The position numbers and the translations under genes are program-made. Below, piece by piece: positions 60,641-64,000 of a stretch of 64,000 nucleotides of DNA. Numbering within the stretch: the stretch's first letter is position 1; each line of letters begins with the position of its first letter. This DNA is from the human T2T-CHM13v2.0 reference genome, Homo sapiens, in assembly GCF_009914755.1 (NCBI RefSeq), contig NC_060933.1; one strand, written 5' to 3'. Below the pieces are notes generated by a model. That model searched no databases. It saw nothing but the letters and a program-made list of their open reading frames with translations, and was not told where the DNA came from.

Positions 60641-61609
60641 TTTAGACTCAGATGGGGAAAAGTGCTTAGATCCTGCATATATTTTGAAAGTAGAGAGGAC
60701 AGGAATTGTTGATAGATAGTATATGAAGTGTAAAAGATAATCATTCAATGATAGTAATATTTTCTGAGATGCAAACAACTGGGAGAGAGGGGTACATATT
60801 AAGGAGGGTGATAAATGGAATTTATTTTTGATCATAAGTTGGACGTGTCTAAAGAACCTTGAAATGGAGGTGCTGAATGGGGTGGTTGAATATATGAATC
60901 TGGAGCTCCTTGTAGAGATCATGGCCGGAGATTTATGTGTAAAGATATTTAGTGTATACATAATTTTTTAAGTGATTAGACCAGATACCATCATCTAAGG
61001 AAGAACATAAAGAAAAGATAAGTGATCAAATCCTGGAGTGGTCAATCTTGTGGAAGACTGGGGTCTGGTGGGGGATCTTATGAATGAGACTTGCTAGCCA
61101 TCTGAACTTTGTCAGGTCACTTAACTTGTTTAAGCCTTTGTTTCATTATGTATAAATGGGCACTAATAATAGAGTAAATTTCATAGGGTGGCTATGAGAA
61201 GTAACTGGGATAAAATAATATGTATCCACACTTAGTACAGGGTCTGGCAAAAATCAAGAACATGGTATCTCACTGTATCAGTCACCAGGAACAAGAAAGG
61301 CCCAATTTTGGGGGTGTTTGCCCAGTTTTTCTAATATCAGAAAAAATTAAACTGTTTGACCACTCCAGACTAGGAACAGAGCTAGTACCTTTTTTGTCTC
61401 TCAACTTTGGCTTCCATTTGGCACTTTTTGAAATGCAGATGCCATATCTACATGGACCTAGAATGGACTAGCAGAAAACCTTGCTTGGTTTCTAACAAGA
61501 AGAAAAGATATTTAATTTGAGACTCTGAGCCAGGGGGAGAGCAGGCACTCACATTTGTGTGTGTTTGTGTGTGGCTGGAGAGGTAGCAGAAGTGTTCTGT
61601 TGGTTGGGC

Positions 61610-62620
61610 AATGAAACTGGATCCCTATCTCTCACTATATACAAAAAAGTAACTCAAAATAGATTAAAGACTTAAAAATAAGACCTGAAACCCTAAAAAT
61701 TCAAGAAGGAAACACAGAAAACACTCTTGTGGACATTGGCCTAGGCAAAACATTTATGACCAAATCTCAAAAGCAAAAGCAATAAAAACTAAAATAAATA
61801 AATGGAACCTAATGGAATTAAAAAGCTTCTGCACAGCAAAAGAAATAATCATCCAAGTTAACAGACAACCTACAGAATGGGAGAAAATGTTTTCACATTA
61901 CGTATCTGACAAAGGACTAATATCCAGAATCTACAAGGAAGTCAAACAAATCAGCAAGAAATAAACAAATAATCCCATTAAAAAGTGGGAAAATAACATG
62001 AATAGACACTTCTCAAAAAAAAATATATATATGATATATATTGAACATTAAAATATATTACATAAATATATTGAACATTAATATATAACATGTAAAATTT
62101 AACATAAATATATATAGCATTAAATGGAAAAAGAAGATCATTCAATTTCATTTTGAAGAAAGGGTTACATGCACATGTATGTTCATCACAGCACTATTCA
62201 CCATAGCAAAGACATGGAATCCACCAAGGTGCCCATCAACGGTAGATTGGATAAAGAAAATGTGGTACATGTACACCATAAAATACAACCATTAAAAAGA
62301 ATGAAATCACTTTTGCAGCAACATAGCTGCAGTTGGAGGCCATAATCCTAAGCGAATTAATGCAGGAACAGAAAACCAAATACCACATACTCTCACTTAC
62401 AAGTGGGAGCTAAACACTGGATACTCAAGGACATGAAGATTGCAACAATAGACACTGCAGATTCCTAAAAGGGAAGGGGGTGCAAGGGGAGCAAGGACTG
62501 AAAAACTAACTGTTGAGTATTATGCTCACTAACTGGATAACAGGATCATTTGTATCCCAAACTTCCACATCACTCAATATACCCATGTACCCCCTGAATC
62601 TAAACTAAAAGTTATAATTA
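61610..62620 (+). mobile_element. L1PB4-like 3' portion with an internal deletion and AT-rich filler
   Basis: ORF2 C-terminal sequence (AAACTGGATCCC...AAAAGCTTCTGCACAGCAAAAGAAA) and 3' UTR CAACAATAGACACTG...GAAAAACTAACT...CCCCTGAATCTAAA. Confidence 0.85.
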
Positions 62621-62734
62621 TTTTTTTAAGTGTTAATACCCCAATTAAGCAAAAGCCATGATATGGGTGGAGGGGGTGATTTTTCAGCTGTACATATGCA
62701 TTTCAGTATATGCACACATATAAACATAAAGGTA

Positions 62735-62837
62735 TTTGGGTGACAGATACACTAAAAGCCCAGACTTTACCACTACACAGTATACCCATGTGACAAAATT
62801 GCACTTGTACCCCTTAAATTTATACACATTTTAAAAA
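62735..62837 (+). mobile_element. L1MA1-3-like 3' tip
   Basis: GGGTGA...TACACTAAAAGCCCAGACTTTACCACTAC...GCACTTGTACCCCTTAAAT. Confidence 0.75.
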
Positions 62838-64000
62838 TGTAGAAGCATTAATATGTACACATATAAGCTTGGATTTGGGCTAGCTTGAGGTTAGAAAGTG
62901 GATAGATTAAAAAAAAGAGGAATGGGAAATTATATAGATCTTGCTTTGTTTTGGGCACTGTGCTCTGTACTTTACATAAACTACTTTACCTACTTTTCAC
63001 AAATTATTTGTAAAATAGCTACCAGTAGCCTGGAGGCCTTACATAAATTGCCCTGAGTCACACTACCAAAAAGTAACATATGAGGGCTTGGAAGTGAGTC
63101 TATCTGACTTTAAGATCTAGATAAGTTTTCTACTCCATTGAGGAGTAGAATACTTCCAAACATTATTCCAACAGTAGTCCAGTGACTAAACTTTTATAAT
63201 AAATTTCTGCCTGGGGGTTAGCAGTAGCAGGTGTATGTATTGGAGCCCCATTCCTGGATAATCTTCATGCCTAGAGTTATTGCAGACTTCAAAGAGGCCG
63301 TGGACATCCAGTCAACTCATTTGACACATGATGAAACTGAAGCCCAGATGTGATTCTTACACCTACAACCACATGGTTATTTACAATGAGGAACAAAGAT
63401 CAGGATTCCTGTTGTCCAGTCCTAAACAATGTCACCTTCTGTCACCTCTCAAAATGGGGCACATGCAAGGGGCAGGACTTTTAGGACTCACATGGGCTCA
63501 TATAAAAATGTAGAAGAGACAACTCCCTGACAGAATTTAACTGGAAGAGAGTCCTAATCTGAGCCTTTTGATTTGACCATTCTCCTTCTAGGGTCGAATC
63601 GAAAGGCTCAGGTTAGGCTTGGGGAGATAATTTGGTATCTGTGCATTCTTGGAGTTCACTCCACAGAGGACAGAAATCCATAGGCATGCTGCCTTTATGG
63701 GAAGCACTTGTTTGCCTAGAGGGCTCTCTTCCCTTTTAACTTCTCTGGGAACTCTGCTAACATGTCAGGGAGAGCTGATCAAAACAGTAAATGAGGACCC
63801 TGACAAGGATTTTCAAAAATTGCACGCAGATGTCTCCATTTCAGAGAATTGGAAACACAAATCTTTTTTGGATTGCTGTAGCAACAGGGAGAGACAAAAC
63901 AACACATTGCAAGAAGCTGTCCTGTGGGGACTGATAGCAATTTAGGAGAGTGGAGCTGGGGGATTGCGGAGTCCAGACCAACATGTGCTGAGACTGGGAA

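Larger units (their letters stand above)
59250..61030 (-). mobile_element. L2a fragment interrupted by an ERVL LTR and a MER33
   Basis: Reverse (TTCA)n L2 tail at 59250, then collinear L2 body that resumes after each insertion. Confidence 0.75.

Noticed and set aside
63123-63155. Hairpin TTCTACTCC-ATTGA-GGAGTAGAA as an ncRNA or terminator
   Set aside because: A 9-bp stem at the edge of a MIR fossil is too short and is plausible by chance.

Overview
Primate nuclear genomic DNA (human or great ape, given AluY and L1PA2-type copies). It is AT-rich, has no CpG island and reads as intergenic or deep intronic. I find no supportable protein-coding gene, structural RNA gene or CRISPR array. Every recognisable ORF in the track is a transposon remnant (L1 ORF2p, Tigger1 transposase, MaLR internal ORF, Alu or microsatellite read-throughs). 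The window is a dense transposon graveyard: 12 Alu/FLAM copies, a complete two-LTR THE1D-type provirus, solo LTRs (THE1, MLT1, MER34, MER57A1, MER4), a near full-length Tigger1 with three nested insertions, L1 copies of many ages, and L2/MIR/L3 fossils. Three observations stand out. (1) A TSD-flanked, polyadenylated retrocopy of an unidentified mRNA 3'UTR (24552-27547) was later split by an L1PA2. (2) Two neighbouring twin-primed (5'-inverted) L1s of different subfamilies share five apparently non-consensus substitutions, suggesting interlocus gene conversion. (3) There is a clean template-switch footprint at 28830-28870. I do not see evidence for a new biological system. Subfamily names come from recalled consensus sequences, not a RepeatMasker run.
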